DNA of 64,000 nucleotides from Salinivirgaceae bacterium (lineage in GTDB: Bacteria > Bacteroidota > Bacteroidia > Bacteroidales > SZUA-534): contig JAKSOL010000005.1 in assembly GCA_024405635.1 (NCBI GenBank), positions 1 through 64,000 of the forward strand, in the 5' to 3' direction. Both the position numbers and the translations under genes were made by a program. Below the pieces are notes generated by a model. The model worked only from the letters and a program-made list of their open reading frames with translations, did no database searches and was not told the DNA's origin. Position 1 is the first letter of the stretch. The number at the start of each line of letters is the position of its first letter. Of the stretch, positions 28,857-39,820 are shown one piece after another.

Positions 28857-31299
28857 ACAAAAAACCTTGCTAACAATACTGCTTGCCCTATCGTTTGTAG
28901 CAAGTTATGCAAGCAACAACGCACCCGCAGCCCGCAAAAACGGCTCAGTTTCCGGACTAGTTATTGATGCGCAAACCAACGAGCCTGTTGAATTTGCCAC
29001 CATTGCACTTTACAAACAACCCGACAACAAACTATCGGGCGGTTGCATTACCGACATGGACGGAAAATTCTCAATGAAAGACATTGAACTAGGCACCTAT
29101 CGTGTTGATATTGCATTTGTTGGCTACAAAACAAAAAGCATCGACATTAACATTACCGAAGCTAACCATAGTTCGAACTTGGGAAAAATTCAGCTAAAAC
29201 AAAATGCACAAGAACTTGGCGAAGTAAACGTAGTTGCCGACAAAGCTGCCGTTGACTACAAAATAGACCGCAAAGTAGTTAATGTAAGCCAACAACTTAA
29301 CGCCATTTCAGGAACTGCCGTTGATGTACTTGAAAACATACCATCAATCCGCGTTGATGTTGATGGCGGAGTATCGTTGCGAGGCAGCTCGTCGTTTACC
29401 GTACTTATCGATGGCCGCCCCACTCCACTTGACGCTTCTGATGCTTTGGCCCAAATGCCAGCCAGCGCCATTGAGAACATTGAAATAATTACCAACCCAT
29501 CGGCTAAATACGAACCCGATGGTGCTTCGGGCATTATAAACATCATTACCAAAAAGAACGCACTTTCAGGCTTAACTGGTGTGGTAAACGGTGTTGTTGG
29601 CTACCCCGGCCGACTTGGAACCGACTTTACACTTGACTATCGCCACAAAAAATTGCACTTGTTTGGTGGTGCAAACATTCGCTACGGAAAATCGCTCAAC
29701 GAATCGGAAGGCTACCGTTGGCTATCGGATGGAACAACAACAAACTACACCGAATCAAACGGCGAATCGACTCGCAAACGCAAAAACTGGGGAGTGAACG
29801 GTGGTGCTGACTACTCGTTTACCGAGCGCACAAACCTTGGTTTTAACGTTCGTTTTGGTTCGTTCAGCAACAATAACAACAACACTCGCGACTACTTAAA
29901 ATACACAAACTTTGGCGACTCAAGCGAATACAAAAACGTTGGATTAAGCGACAACAACGGAAAATTTCAATCGTTGAACATATTCTACAAACAAACATTT
30001 GAAGACAACAAAGAGCATATTTTAGAAGCCCAAGTAAGCGTTAACAACAACCACCGCGAATCGATTTCAGATACCGAAACAAAAACAAACACCGACAAAA
30101 TAACCGAAGGCATTGAAAACGAAGACATTTCAGACGGAAAAGGCATTCGTTTTAAAATTGATTACGTGCATCCAACCATCGGCACTCAAAAATTATCGTT
30201 AGGCGCACAAGGTCGATTCAACCCTAGCGATCAAGATTTTCTTGTAAGCTACTACGACACCACAACCAATGGGTATGTTTTTCAACCAACATTTAGTTAC
30301 GAAACCGAATACTTGCGTCAAACATATTCAGTTTACGCAATTTACGATGGCGAGTGGGGCCAATTTGGCTACCAACTTGGTTTACGCGGCGAGTACACAT
30401 ATCAAGACTTGAAACTATCGAACGGCAATGGCAACTATCATTTTGAAGACCCTGCAGTTTTCCCAACCATCCACTTGTCGTACAACGCAAATAGCGATTT
30501 ACAAATGATGGCAGGCTACACACGACGCATAAATCGCCCACGCCCATTCCAACTATCGCCAAACTTAACTTGGGAAGATGCCTACAATGTTCGTCAAGGT
30601 AATCCTGAAATTGCCCCAGAGTACATTAACTCATTCGACTTGAGCATGCAAAAGAAATTTGGAGCAAACTTTATTTCGCTCGATGCTTATTGCCGAATTA
30701 CCGAAAACACCATTGAACGTGTGCGCCAAGTTTACAGCAACGACGTTATTCTTCACACCATGGCCAACGTTGGAACCGACTATGCTATTGGTCTTGAGGG
30801 AACTATAAACTACTCAGCTGGTAAAATTTACCAAGTAAACCTAATGGGAAACATGTACCAATACCAGAAAAAAGGAGAACTGCTTGGTCAAGATTTTTCG
30901 CAAAGCAGTTTTAACTGGAACATGCGACTAAACAACGTATTCAAATTCCCTACAAACACCAAAGTTCAAATGGACTTTGACTACTTCAGCAAAACAGTAA
31001 CATCGCAAGGAACAAATGGTGGATTCTTCTCAGCAAGCGTTGCAATACGTCAAGAAATGCTAGACCGCCGACTATCGGCAACACTAAAGATGCGCAACGC
31101 CCTAGGAACCATGAAGTTTAAAAACATTACAAGCGGCCCAGATTTTTACACATCTAGCACATTTAAACCAAGTTGGCCACAGTTTAACCTCACCATTTCG
31201 TACAAGATAAACAACTTTAAACTAAACTTTGACGACGAAGACGATAACAACCGTAGTCCACTTCAAGGTGGCGGCGAAGGCGGTGGCGGCGACGAATAG
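28807..31299 (+). CDS. TonB-dependent receptor-like outer membrane protein
   Basis: Carboxypeptidase-regulatory-like N-domain, plug motif IENIEIITNPSAKYEPDGASGIINII, beta-barrel with YTRRINRP, GNPEIAPE; start uncertain (50-bp overlap with upstream gene). Confidence 0.85.
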   Translation: MKKIAHTAVLSFFAASKQKTLLTILLALSFVASYASNNAPAARKNGSVSGLVIDAQTNEPVEFATIALYKQPDNKLSGGCITDMDGKFSMKDIELGTYRVDIAFVGYKTKSIDINITEANHSSNLGKIQLKQNAQELGEVNVVADKAAVDYKIDRKVVNVSQQLNAISGTAVDVLENIPSIRVDVDGGVSLRGSSSFTVLIDGRPTPLDASDALAQMPASAIENIEIITNPSAKYEPDGASGIINIITKKNALSGLTGVVNGVVGYPGRLGTDFTLDYRHKKLHLFGGANIRYGKSLNESEGYRWLSDGTTTNYTESNGESTRKRKNWGVNGGADYSFTERTNLGFNVRFGSFSNNNNNTRDYLKYTNFGDSSEYKNVGLSDNNGKFQSLNIFYKQTFEDNKEHILEAQVSVNNNHRESISDTETKTNTDKITEGIENEDISDGKGIRFKIDYVHPTIGTQKLSLGAQGRFNPSDQDFLVSYYDTTTNGYVFQPTFSYETEYLRQTYSVYAIYDGEWGQFGYQLGLRGEYTYQDLKLSNGNGNYHFEDPAVFPTIHLSYNANSDLQMMAGYTRRINRPRPFQLSPNLTWEDAYNVRQGNPEIAPEYINSFDLSMQKKFGANFISLDAYCRITENTIERVRQVYSNDVILHTMANVGTDYAIGLEGTINYSAGKIYQVNLMGNMYQYQKKGELLGQDFSQSSFNWNMRLNNVFKFPTNTKVQMDFDYFSKTVTSQGTNGGFFSASVAIRQEMLDRRLSATLKMRNALGTMKFKNITSGPDFYTSSTFKPSWPQFNLTISYKINNFKLNFDDEDDNNRSPLQGGGEGGGGDE

Positions 31300-31348
31300 C
31301 CTATAACGTAACGTCAAAAAGAAGTATCTTGCCGAACATTTTTAGACT

Positions 31349-32782
31349 ATGAAAAAAGAATACGACGACTCGTACGATAAAGAAATTCAGGAACTTGTAA
31401 AGTACTACGAGAATGCTTGCCAAACCAGTGGCACTCCATATCTCGATGTTGAGGACTTTATCGACCTGATAAACTACTACATGTCAAACGGAGTAGACGA
31501 AAAAGCCATTGACGTTTGCAACCGTGCGCTCGTTGTATATCCAAATGATGCCGACATCTCGCTAAAACTAGCACAGATATACGCCTTTAGAGGCGATGTT
31601 GACAATTGCGAAGATATTTTGGGGCCAATTGAATCGCTACACACCGACAACTACGAGCTTTATCTTACCAAAATGCTTGTAGAACTTCAACGTCGAAACA
31701 TAACAAAAGCTAAAATTCATGCTAAAAAAGCCTTAAAACTTGGCAAAAGGAGCAACCAAGACGAGTATCTTGACTTGATAATTTCAATTGGCGAGGCTTT
31801 TGAAGACAATATGTACATTGACGAAGCTTTTGAAATATACAAAAGCGCGTTCAACGACTTTAAAAACGAAAACGAGCTATTGCTACGAATGGGCGATAAC
31901 CGCTGCCATTCAGGAAAGATTGAAGAGTGCTTTGATTACTACAAAGCAGCTCTTGACATTGACCCTTTTCAAACAAACGTATGGTTCAACATTGGTCTAA
32001 CTTACAATTTGATGCAAGAATACGAGCGTGCCATTGAAGCATACGACTATGCCATTGCAATTGACCCTAGTTTGTCTGAAGCAATATTTAACAAAGGCAA
32101 TGCACTTTGCGCTCTTGAGCATTATACCGAAGCCATTGAGTGTTACACCGAGCACTTAACTGCTAATCCACAAAACCCAATTGCAAAGTGCTACATAGGC
32201 GACTGCTACCTGAAAATGGAAGAAATAGACACCGCTGAAAAATATTTTCTTGAGGCAAACCAAATACAACCAACCGCCGAAGCCTATGTTGGATTAGCAA
32301 GCATCAGCATATACCGGGGACAAGACCAAGAAGCTTTAGAATATAGCCAAATGGCTCTTGAAATTGCACCCGAAATGGAATCGGCAGTGTTTGTTAACGC
32401 TCAAGCAATGTCGCTAACTGGCGATTTTGAAGCGGCAATAAGAACCTACAAGCAGCTGCTTAACAACAAAAAAGACGACATAAAAACCCACTTACTTTAC
32501 ATTTTTGCGCTGCTAATTGCCGAACAATTTGACAACGCTTTTGAGGCAGCCAACAATGCTCTTGAAATGTTTCCTGAGCATGCTCAACTGCAATACATTA
32601 TCTCGGCTTTGTTATATAAACGAGGCGAAATAGAAAAAAGTTTTGAGCTGTTTGAAACCGCCTACTCGCAAGCTCCCGAATTTGATAATGTGTACTTTGA
32701 AATTGTACCCAGCAATAAAAAACTTGCCGAAATAAAAGAGATAAGAAAACGTTTAAAGCCAAAAGGCCGACGAAAAAAATAG
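31349..32782 (+). CDS. Tetratricopeptide repeat protein
   Basis: Many TPRs (VWFNIGLTY...YERAIEAYDYAIAIDP); N-terminal YLDVEDFIDLINYY. Confidence 0.88.
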   Translation: MKKEYDDSYDKEIQELVKYYENACQTSGTPYLDVEDFIDLINYYMSNGVDEKAIDVCNRALVVYPNDADISLKLAQIYAFRGDVDNCEDILGPIESLHTDNYELYLTKMLVELQRRNITKAKIHAKKALKLGKRSNQDEYLDLIISIGEAFEDNMYIDEAFEIYKSAFNDFKNENELLLRMGDNRCHSGKIEECFDYYKAALDIDPFQTNVWFNIGLTYNLMQEYERAIEAYDYAIAIDPSLSEAIFNKGNALCALEHYTEAIECYTEHLTANPQNPIAKCYIGDCYLKMEEIDTAEKYFLEANQIQPTAEAYVGLASISIYRGQDQEALEYSQMALEIAPEMESAVFVNAQAMSLTGDFEAAIRTYKQLLNNKKDDIKTHLLYIFALLIAEQFDNAFEAANNALEMFPEHAQLQYIISALLYKRGEIEKSFELFETAYSQAPEFDNVYFEIVPSNKKLAEIKEIRKRLKPKGRRKK

Positions 32783-32786
32783 GCAA

Positions 32787-33695
32787 ATGAAAAACTACAT
32801 TACACTTTTTTTAAAAGGCATGGCCATGGGCGCCTCCGATGTTGTTCCTGGAGTTTCAGGTGGAACAATAGCTTTTATATCAGGAATTTACGAGCGCCTT
32901 ATTAACGCCATTAAAAGCATAAATGTAACCAACTTAAAATTGCTCTTCACTGGCAAATTTGGTCAGTTTTGGCGCAATGTTGACTGCAACTTTTTGCTAT
33001 GCATCGTGTTAGGCATTGCATTTAGTTTTTTAACCCTAGCCAAAATAATAACCCACCTACTCGAAACTCAACCCATTTTCATTTGGGCATTTTTCTTTGG
33101 GTTAGTAATAGCATCAACCTTATTTGTTGGTCGCGATGTAAAATGGAATATTAAAACCATTGCCACATTTGCAGCAATGGCAATTCTTTCATTCTTCATC
33201 ACATCGCCACAAAACCAACCAATGATGCAAAACGATGCTTTGTGGTACATCTTTTTATGCGGAGCTATTGCCATTTGCGCAATGATTTTGCCAGGAATTT
33301 CAGGCAGTTTTATATTGGTACTTCTTGGCCAATATCAGTTTATGTTGCAAGCCATTTCAACACTTAACATTGTTGTACTTGTAACATTTATGTGCGGTGC
33401 CATTATAGGCATAGTAAGTTTTGCAAACATATTGTCGTGGCTGTTTGCCCACTTTAAACAAATAACATTGGCTGCGCTTGTAGGTTTTATGTTTGGCTCG
33501 CTTAACAAAATATGGCCATGGAAAAATACACTACAAACCTACACCGACTCGCACGGCACAATAAAACCACTTATACAAGAAAACATTTTGCCAACAATTG
33601 ACGCAAATTTTGCAACTGCACTATGCCTAACAATTGCTGGCTTTGCAATCATATTCACCATTGAGTTTGTCTCAAAAAAAATGCACAAAAAATGA
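32787..33695 (+). CDS. DUF368 protein (undecaprenyl-phosphate translocase family)
   Basis: GMAMGASDVVPGVSGGTIA and AMILPGISGS repeated motifs. Confidence 0.92.
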   Translation: MKNYITLFLKGMAMGASDVVPGVSGGTIAFISGIYERLINAIKSINVTNLKLLFTGKFGQFWRNVDCNFLLCIVLGIAFSFLTLAKIITHLLETQPIFIWAFFFGLVIASTLFVGRDVKWNIKTIATFAAMAILSFFITSPQNQPMMQNDALWYIFLCGAIAICAMILPGISGSFILVLLGQYQFMLQAISTLNIVVLVTFMCGAIIGIVSFANILSWLFAHFKQITLAALVGFMFGSLNKIWPWKNTLQTYTDSHGTIKPLIQENILPTIDANFATALCLTIAGFAIIFTIEFVSKKMHKK

Positions 33696-34432
33696 AAAAC
33701 TATGGTTTAGTAGGCTTTCCTTTAGCCCAATCGTTTTCGCAGAAATACTTCACCAAAAAATTTGCCGATGAGCAAATTGATGCACAATACCTTAATTTTT
33801 CAATTGACGACATTGAAAAATTTAAAACCGAAGTGCTCACCACTCCCGATTTGTGTGGTATAAACGTAACCATTCCATACAAACAAAAAGTTATGCCAAT
33901 GCTTGATGGACTAGACGAAACCGCTGCAAAAGTTGGAGCTGTTAACGTTGTTAAAATAAACCGCACCGGCAACAAACTAACTCTAATTGGCTACAACTCA
34001 GATGTGGTTGGCTTTGAAAACTCACTAAAACCACTACTCAAACCTTGCCACACTCATGCACTTATTCTTGGCACTGGCGGGGCATCAAAAGCAGTACGCT
34101 ACGTGCTTGAAAAACTAGGCATTGAATTCAAATTCGTATCGCGCACCGCAAGTGCCGACACCTTATCGTACGAGCAACTCACTCCCGAAATAATGGCAAG
34201 CCATAAACTTATTGTGAACTGCACACCACTCGGAATGTATCCAAAAATTGAAGGTTGTCCCAATATCAACTACACACAAGTTGGCCCAGACCATCTTTTT
34301 TACGATTTGGTTTACAACCCCGAGGTAACCGTATTTTTGCAACGAGCTTTAGACCATGGCGCTCAAATCAAAAACGGGTACGACATGTTAGTTGGGCAAG
34401 CCATTCGCGCTTGGGAAATATGGAATAGTTAA
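33692..34432 (+). CDS. aroE: Shikimate dehydrogenase
   Basis: GINVTIPYK, GAVNV, GYNSD, ILGTGGAS, NCTPLGM, DLVYNP. Confidence 0.95.
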   Translation: MKNYGLVGFPLAQSFSQKYFTKKFADEQIDAQYLNFSIDDIEKFKTEVLTTPDLCGINVTIPYKQKVMPMLDGLDETAAKVGAVNVVKINRTGNKLTLIGYNSDVVGFENSLKPLLKPCHTHALILGTGGASKAVRYVLEKLGIEFKFVSRTASADTLSYEQLTPEIMASHKLIVNCTPLGMYPKIEGCPNINYTQVGPDHLFYDLVYNPEVTVFLQRALDHGAQIKNGYDMLVGQAIRAWEIWNS

Positions 34433-34495
34433 TACAATTCTGATTATCAATAAAATAGCAGCCACACAAATCATTTTTAATCAGCAAAAAACAAG

Positions 34496-34530
34496 AAAAC
34501 GAGTCAAGAAAACCTTGGCTCGTTTTTTTT
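34496..34530 (+). terminator. Rho-independent terminator between aroE and pyrB
   Basis: aaaacgagtcaag / cttggctcgtttt stem then T run. Confidence 0.8.
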
Positions 34531-34644
34531 GTGCAAAACACCAAGCAATAAGTTTTCAACAAAAATTAACACACTAACAAAAATCGACTCTATATTCTAT
34601 CTTTAACTAATTTATATGAACACAAATATTCAAAACATAATAAA

Positions 34645-35553
34645 ATGAAAAACAGAAGTTTAGTAGCCATCAGCGATTATTCAAAAGACGACTACTTGGA
34701 AATTATGGAACTTGCTGCGCAGTTTGAAAAAAATCCAGTGCAGAAAATTTTAGATGGAAAAGTTGTTGCAACCTTGTTTTTCGAGCCATCAACTCGCACA
34801 CGTTTGAGTTTTGAGAGCGCAGTAAACCGTTTAGGCGGCAAAGTATTAGGCTTTTCCGACACCTCACAAACTAGCGTATCAAAAGGCGAAACACTAAAAG
34901 ACACCATAAAAATGGTAAGCTGCTATGCCGACTTAATTGTTATGAGACACCCACTTGAAGGCGCGGCTCGCTACGCATCTGAAATATCAAAAGTGCCAAT
35001 TATCAATGCCGGCGACGGAGCAAACCAACACCCTACCCAATGTTTACTTGATCTTTATTCAATAAAAAAGACACAAGGGACACTCGACAATTTGAAAATA
35101 ACAATGGTTGGCGACTTAAAATACGGACGCACCGTTCACTCGCTACTAATGGCCATGTCGTACTTCAATCCATCGTTTAGTTTTATTGCTCCCGAAGAAT
35201 TGCGACTACCAGACGAATACAAGCAATTTCTTAAACAACGCAACATTAAGTTTGAAGAACATACCGAAATGGCACCAAACATTAACGATGCCGACATTAT
35301 TTACATGACCCGCGTACAACGCGAACGTTTTGCCGACCCTCTTGAATACGAGAAAGTTAAAAACGTTTACGTACTACGAAACAGCATGCTCGACAACACT
35401 AAACCTAACGTAAAAATTTTGCATCCGCTACCTCGTGTAAACGAAATTAGCACCGATGTTGACGACAACCCAAAGGCCTACTACTTTGAGCAAGCACAAA
35501 ATGCGGTTTACACCCGTCAAGCCATTATTTGTAAAACTCTACAACTGTTGTAA
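34645..35553 (+). CDS. pyrB: Aspartate carbamoyltransferase catalytic subunit
   Basis: [40 protein letters not shown]. Confidence 0.98.
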   Translation: MKNRSLVAISDYSKDDYLEIMELAAQFEKNPVQKILDGKVVATLFFEPSTRTRLSFESAVNRLGGKVLGFSDTSQTSVSKGETLKDTIKMVSCYADLIVMRHPLEGAARYASEISKVPIINAGDGANQHPTQCLLDLYSIKKTQGTLDNLKITMVGDLKYGRTVHSLLMAMSYFNPSFSFIAPEELRLPDEYKQFLKQRNIKFEEHTEMAPNINDADIIYMTRVQRERFADPLEYEKVKNVYVLRNSMLDNTKPNVKILHPLPRVNEISTDVDDNPKAYYFEQAQNAVYTRQAIICKTLQLL

Positions 35554-35555
35554 TT

Positions 35556-36020
35556 ATGGAAAACGAAAAAGTACTTAGCGTTTCGGCTATCGAAAACGGA
35601 ACAGTTATTGACCATATTCCAGCCCAAAGCCTTTTCAAAGTTATTTCGCTACTTAACCTTGATAAATTGGCCGACAATCAAGTAACCTTTGGCTACAACC
35701 TAAAAAGCAAGCAACTTGGAATGAAAGCCATTATTAAAGTGTCTGAAAAGTTTTTTGAAGATATTGAACTTGACAAAATAGCACTTGTAGCTCCAAACGC
35801 AAAACTCAACATAATAAAAAACTACAACGTGGTTGAAAAACGCTTGGTTAAAGTTCCCGAAAAAGTTATTGGCATTGCCCATTGCATGAATCCAAAATGC
35901 ATAACAAACCACGAAAAAATACCAACCAAATTTACAACATCAACCACAGGCGGCAACATTGTACTACGCTGCTGCTACTGCGACAAGTGCACCGATATTG
36001 AGCACGCCGAAATATTTTAA
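35556..36020 (+). CDS. pyrI: Aspartate carbamoyltransferase regulatory subunit
   Basis: VSAIENGTVIDHI; Zn ligands CMNPKC and CxYC. Confidence 0.96.
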   Translation: MENEKVLSVSAIENGTVIDHIPAQSLFKVISLLNLDKLADNQVTFGYNLKSKQLGMKAIIKVSEKFFEDIELDKIALVAPNAKLNIIKNYNVVEKRLVKVPEKVIGIAHCMNPKCITNHEKIPTKFTTSTTGGNIVLRCCYCDKCTDIEHAEIF

Positions 36021-36030
36021 CCCATTGACT

Positions 36031-37341
36031 ATGAGTTCAAACAAATTCCAAATTACTGGCGGAACCAAACTCAGCGGAACCATAGTGCCTCAAGGTGCCA
36101 AAAACGAGGCTCTGCAAGTACTTTGCGCTGTGCTACTTACCGACGAAGAAGTTATTATAGATAACATTCCTAGCATTCGCGACGTCAATACTCTTATTGA
36201 CATTATTAGCGAAATGGGGGTTACCGTAACCAAACTTGCCAGCCACAAATACTCATTCAAAGCCGACCACATTCAAGCCGAATACCTACACTCGCGCGAG
36301 TTTGTTGACAAAACAGCACGTATTCGCGGCTCGGTTATGTTAGTGGGACCTATGCTAGCTCGTCTCGGTCGCGCCTACATTCCAAAACCAGGTGGCGACA
36401 AAATTGGACGCCGAAGACTCGACACCCACTTTATTGGCTTGCAAAACTTGGGCGCCGAGTTCAACTACGACCCCGATGGTAAATTCTATACCGTTGAAGG
36501 ACAAAACCTTAAAGGCACATACATGTTGCTCGACGAGGCCTCGGTAACAGGAACAGCAAACATTATTTTGGCTGCCGTAATGGCCAAAGGCACAACCACA
36601 ATTTACAACGCCGCTTGCGAACCTTACATTCAGCAACTTTGCAAAATGCTGAACAAAATGGGGGCAAAAATTAGCGGCATTGGCTCAAACCTACTCACCA
36701 TCGACGGAGTGGACAAATTGCACGGATGCCAACACCAAATTCTGCCCGACATGATTGAAATTGGTAGCTTTATTGGTTTGGCTGCCATGACTGGATCTGA
36801 AATACGAATAAAAGACGTGTCGTATCCTAACCTTGGCATCATTCCTCGCGCCTTTCAACGCTTGGGCGTACAAATGACACTTGAAGGCGACGACCTTATT
36901 ATCCCTGCACAAGACCACTACACCATCGATAGTTTTATCGACGGCTCAATACTCACTATTGATGACGCACCTTGGCCAGGACTAACCCCCGACCTAATCA
37001 GCGTGATGCTAGTTACCGCATCGCAAGCAAAAGGTAGCGTGCTAATTCATCAAAAAATGTTTGAAAGCCGATTGTTCTTTGTTGATAAACTTATCGACAT
37101 GGGCGCTCAAATTATTCTTTGCGACCCTCACCGCGCCACCGTCATCGGTCTTGACAAACAACACCAATTACGAGGCATTAACATGACTAGCCCCGATATT
37201 CGAGCTGGAATGGCATTGCTTATTGCCGCAATTTCAGCAAAAGGAACATCGGTTATTGATAACATTGACCAAATAGACCGCGGATACGAAAAAATTGACG
37301 AGCGACTCAACAAACTTGGAGCAAATATTATTCGACTATAA
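36031..37341 (+). CDS. murA: UDP-N-acetylglucosamine 1-carboxyvinyltransferase
   Basis: GAKNEAL, RGSV, PGGDKIGRR, SVTGTAN, PDMIE, PDIRAG, IDRGYE; start moved to ATG 36031. Confidence 0.96.
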   Translation: MSSNKFQITGGTKLSGTIVPQGAKNEALQVLCAVLLTDEEVIIDNIPSIRDVNTLIDIISEMGVTVTKLASHKYSFKADHIQAEYLHSREFVDKTARIRGSVMLVGPMLARLGRAYIPKPGGDKIGRRRLDTHFIGLQNLGAEFNYDPDGKFYTVEGQNLKGTYMLLDEASVTGTANIILAAVMAKGTTTIYNAACEPYIQQLCKMLNKMGAKISGIGSNLLTIDGVDKLHGCQHQILPDMIEIGSFIGLAAMTGSEIRIKDVSYPNLGIIPRAFQRLGVQMTLEGDDLIIPAQDHYTIDSFIDGSILTIDDAPWPGLTPDLISVMLVTASQAKGSVLIHQKMFESRLFFVDKLIDMGAQIILCDPHRATVIGLDKQHQLRGINMTSPDIRAGMALLIAAISAKGTSVIDNIDQIDRGYEKIDERLNKLGANIIRL

Positions 37342-37352
37342 AAAATACAATT

Positions 37353-38375
37353 TTGGAACATATATCAACATTTGCGCAACAAGCAAAAAGCCTAATATCC
37401 AACGCTAACAATATTATTATTTTGGCTCACAAAAATCCCGATGGCGATGCTATTGGTTCTGGATTAGGCATGTACCACCATATTAAAACTATGGGTAAAG
37501 AGGCTATTTTTATTTTGCCCGACCAACTACCCAAAAACTTACTATGGATGCCTGGTTGCGACAAAATTTTAGTACACAAAAGTCCAGAAAAAGAGCAAGC
37601 TGAACAAGCTATTACCAAGGCTGACCTAATTATTATGTGCGACTTTAACAACTTAAGCCGATTGGGTGGCGCAGCTCAATTAGTAGAACAATCAACCGCA
37701 AAAAAAATACTAATTGACCATCACCTTGAACCTAGTGTAGTTTGCGACATTAAATACAGCCGACCTGAGGCTAGTAGCACTTGCGAAATGGTTTACCAAG
37801 TTGTGTCAACCATGCGCGGAACCCCCACCATCGATTCTACCATTGCAACATGCCTTTACACTGGCATAGTTACCGACACTGGCGGTTTTAGCTACAGTTC
37901 GTCGAACCGTCTGACTTTTGACGTAGCTGCAAACCTAATCGAATCGGGCATTGACAAAGATTATATTCTTGACAATCTTAACTACCACTTTTCAGAGCAA
38001 AGGCTGCGACTACTTGGATATTGTTTAAACAACAAGCTAACCGTAATTCCAGAATATCATACAGCATACATTTGGCTCACCCAAAAAGAGTTACGCAAAT
38101 TCAACTACCAAATGGGCGATACCGAAGGCATTGTAAACTACCCACTAACTATTGACGGCATTGAATTTTCGGCAATCTTTACCGAAAAAGAAAAAATAAC
38201 CAAATGTTCGTTCAGATCTCGAGGCTCATTTCCTGCAAGCAAAGTTGCTGGCGACCATTTTAACGGAGGCGGACACTTAAACGCAGCGGGAGGAGAATCG
38301 CCTCTTTCAATAAGCGAAACCATTAAAAAATTTGTATCGATACTACCACAGTACGAACAATACATTGAAAAATGA
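37353..38375 (+). CDS. nrnA: DHH/DHHA1 phosphoesterase (NrnA-like)
   Basis: HKNPDGDAIGS, IDHH, TDTG, SFRS, GGGHLNAAG; TTG start. Confidence 0.88.
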   Translation: MEHISTFAQQAKSLISNANNIIILAHKNPDGDAIGSGLGMYHHIKTMGKEAIFILPDQLPKNLLWMPGCDKILVHKSPEKEQAEQAITKADLIIMCDFNNLSRLGGAAQLVEQSTAKKILIDHHLEPSVVCDIKYSRPEASSTCEMVYQVVSTMRGTPTIDSTIATCLYTGIVTDTGGFSYSSSNRLTFDVAANLIESGIDKDYILDNLNYHFSEQRLRLLGYCLNNKLTVIPEYHTAYIWLTQKELRKFNYQMGDTEGIVNYPLTIDGIEFSAIFTEKEKITKCSFRSRGSFPASKVAGDHFNGGGHLNAAGGESPLSISETIKKFVSILPQYEQYIEK

Positions 38376-38881
38376 GAATCATCGGCACCATATTGCTTTG
38401 TGTAGTTTTTGCAGCTTGCAGTTCAAACTCAACAAAACGTCAACCAGTAACCGACGAAATGTTGGTTAACATAAACCGAACATTGGTTGACATGGACCAA
38501 GAACGAATTGAAAGTTATGCCGAACGCCACAATTGGGACATGAAAGTATCGCCCACAGGAATGTGGTACCAAATTTACGAGCATGGCAATGGCGACTCTG
38601 TACGCGTTGGCAAAGTGGTAACACTTAACTACAAACTATCGCTACTTAACGGCAAAGAATGCTACTCGTCCGATAGTTTAGGTAGCAAAGTATTCAGAGT
38701 AGGACAAGGCGGTGTTGAAACCGGACTTGAAGAAGCTGTGCTACTAATGCGCGTTGGCGACAAAGCCCGACTAATTATGCCCGCATTTATGGCACACGGG
38801 CTCATTGGCGATGGCAATAAAATTCCAGCTCGAGCCACCATTGTTTACGAAACCGAAATAATCTCACAATCCGACAACTAA
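38372..38881 (+). CDS. FKBP-type peptidyl-prolyl isomerase lipoprotein (GldI-like)
   Basis: Lipobox FAAC; GLEEAV..MRVGDKARLIMP..AHG..GDGNKIP. Confidence 0.82.
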   Translation: MRIIGTILLCVVFAACSSNSTKRQPVTDEMLVNINRTLVDMDQERIESYAERHNWDMKVSPTGMWYQIYEHGNGDSVRVGKVVTLNYKLSLLNGKECYSSDSLGSKVFRVGQGGVETGLEEAVLLMRVGDKARLIMPAFMAHGLIGDGNKIPARATIVYETEIISQSDN

Positions 38882-38892
38882 CACGCGACCTT

Positions 38893-39816
38893 ATGAACCG
38901 AAAGTCGATAAACATAACATTTGCAGCATTAACCATTGTAGCAATACTTTGTTGCTCATGCTCAAGCAAATACGAAGGCTACTCACACAAAAACGGCTTA
39001 TACTACAAGCTAATTACAATTGGCGACAGCATTAGTACAGCAAAAGTTGGAAACTATGTAACAACCCACCTACGCTACTCTACCATTGCCGATTCCGCAT
39101 TCTTTGTTGGCAACCGAACTTTCCAACTCACCGAACCTGAATTCAATGGCTCAATTGACGAATGTTTTCTTATGATGTCAAGCGGCGATAGCTCTTCGTT
39201 CATTATTGACGCATACAAATTTTTCACCATCACGCTACAAAGCCCACTACCAAGTTTCCTTGCGCAAGGCGACATGATGAAAGTAGATATAAAAATGACT
39301 GACATACGCACCGAAGAGCAATATCGCCGCGACAAAGAAGAATTTTTGAAATGGATTGAAGACTTTGGCGAGTACGAAAAACTTGTTTTACAAAACTTTA
39401 TCGAACGAAAAAAAATAGATATAGAACCAACGCCATCGGGGCTTTATTACATTCAACTAACACAAGGTACCGGCAAAGCTGTTGAACTAGGCGATTTGGT
39501 AACCATCAACTACGAAGGCCGATTCTTAAACGGAAAATTCTTTGACTCAACAATAAAACTCAACCAACCATTTGAATTTGTTTATGGCACCGAGATGCAA
39601 GTAATAGCTGGACTTGACGAAGCTATTGGCCGCATGCGTGAAGGCGAACGCGCACTTGTTATACTGCCTTCAGAATTAGCTTGGGGCGACAAAGGTTCAT
39701 CAACTGGAATAGTGCCACCGTTCACCTCAGTTATTTATGAGATTGAGTTAATTAGCGCCGTTGCTCCTGGTTCAGAAACCACATCAGAAATAGTTGAATC
39801 CGACACAATAGATTAA
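38893..39816 (+). CDS. FKBP-type peptidyl-prolyl isomerase, two FKBP domains, probable lipoprotein
   Basis: YEGRFLNGKFFDS, VIAGLDEAI..MREGE, ELAWG; N-terminal hydrophobic stretch with Cys. Confidence 0.88.
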   Translation: MNRKSINITFAALTIVAILCCSCSSKYEGYSHKNGLYYKLITIGDSISTAKVGNYVTTHLRYSTIADSAFFVGNRTFQLTEPEFNGSIDECFLMMSSGDSSSFIIDAYKFFTITLQSPLPSFLAQGDMMKVDIKMTDIRTEEQYRRDKEEFLKWIEDFGEYEKLVLQNFIERKKIDIEPTPSGLYYIQLTQGTGKAVELGDLVTINYEGRFLNGKFFDSTIKLNQPFEFVYGTEMQVIAGLDEAIGRMREGERALVILPSELAWGDKGSSTGIVPPFTSVIYEIELISAVAPGSETTSEIVESDTID

Positions 39817-39820
39817 TTGC

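Noticed and set aside
34433-34644. Pyrimidine attenuator upstream of pyrB
   Set aside because: The hairpin is adequately explained as the aroE operon terminator; no convincing leader ORF or antiterminator seen.
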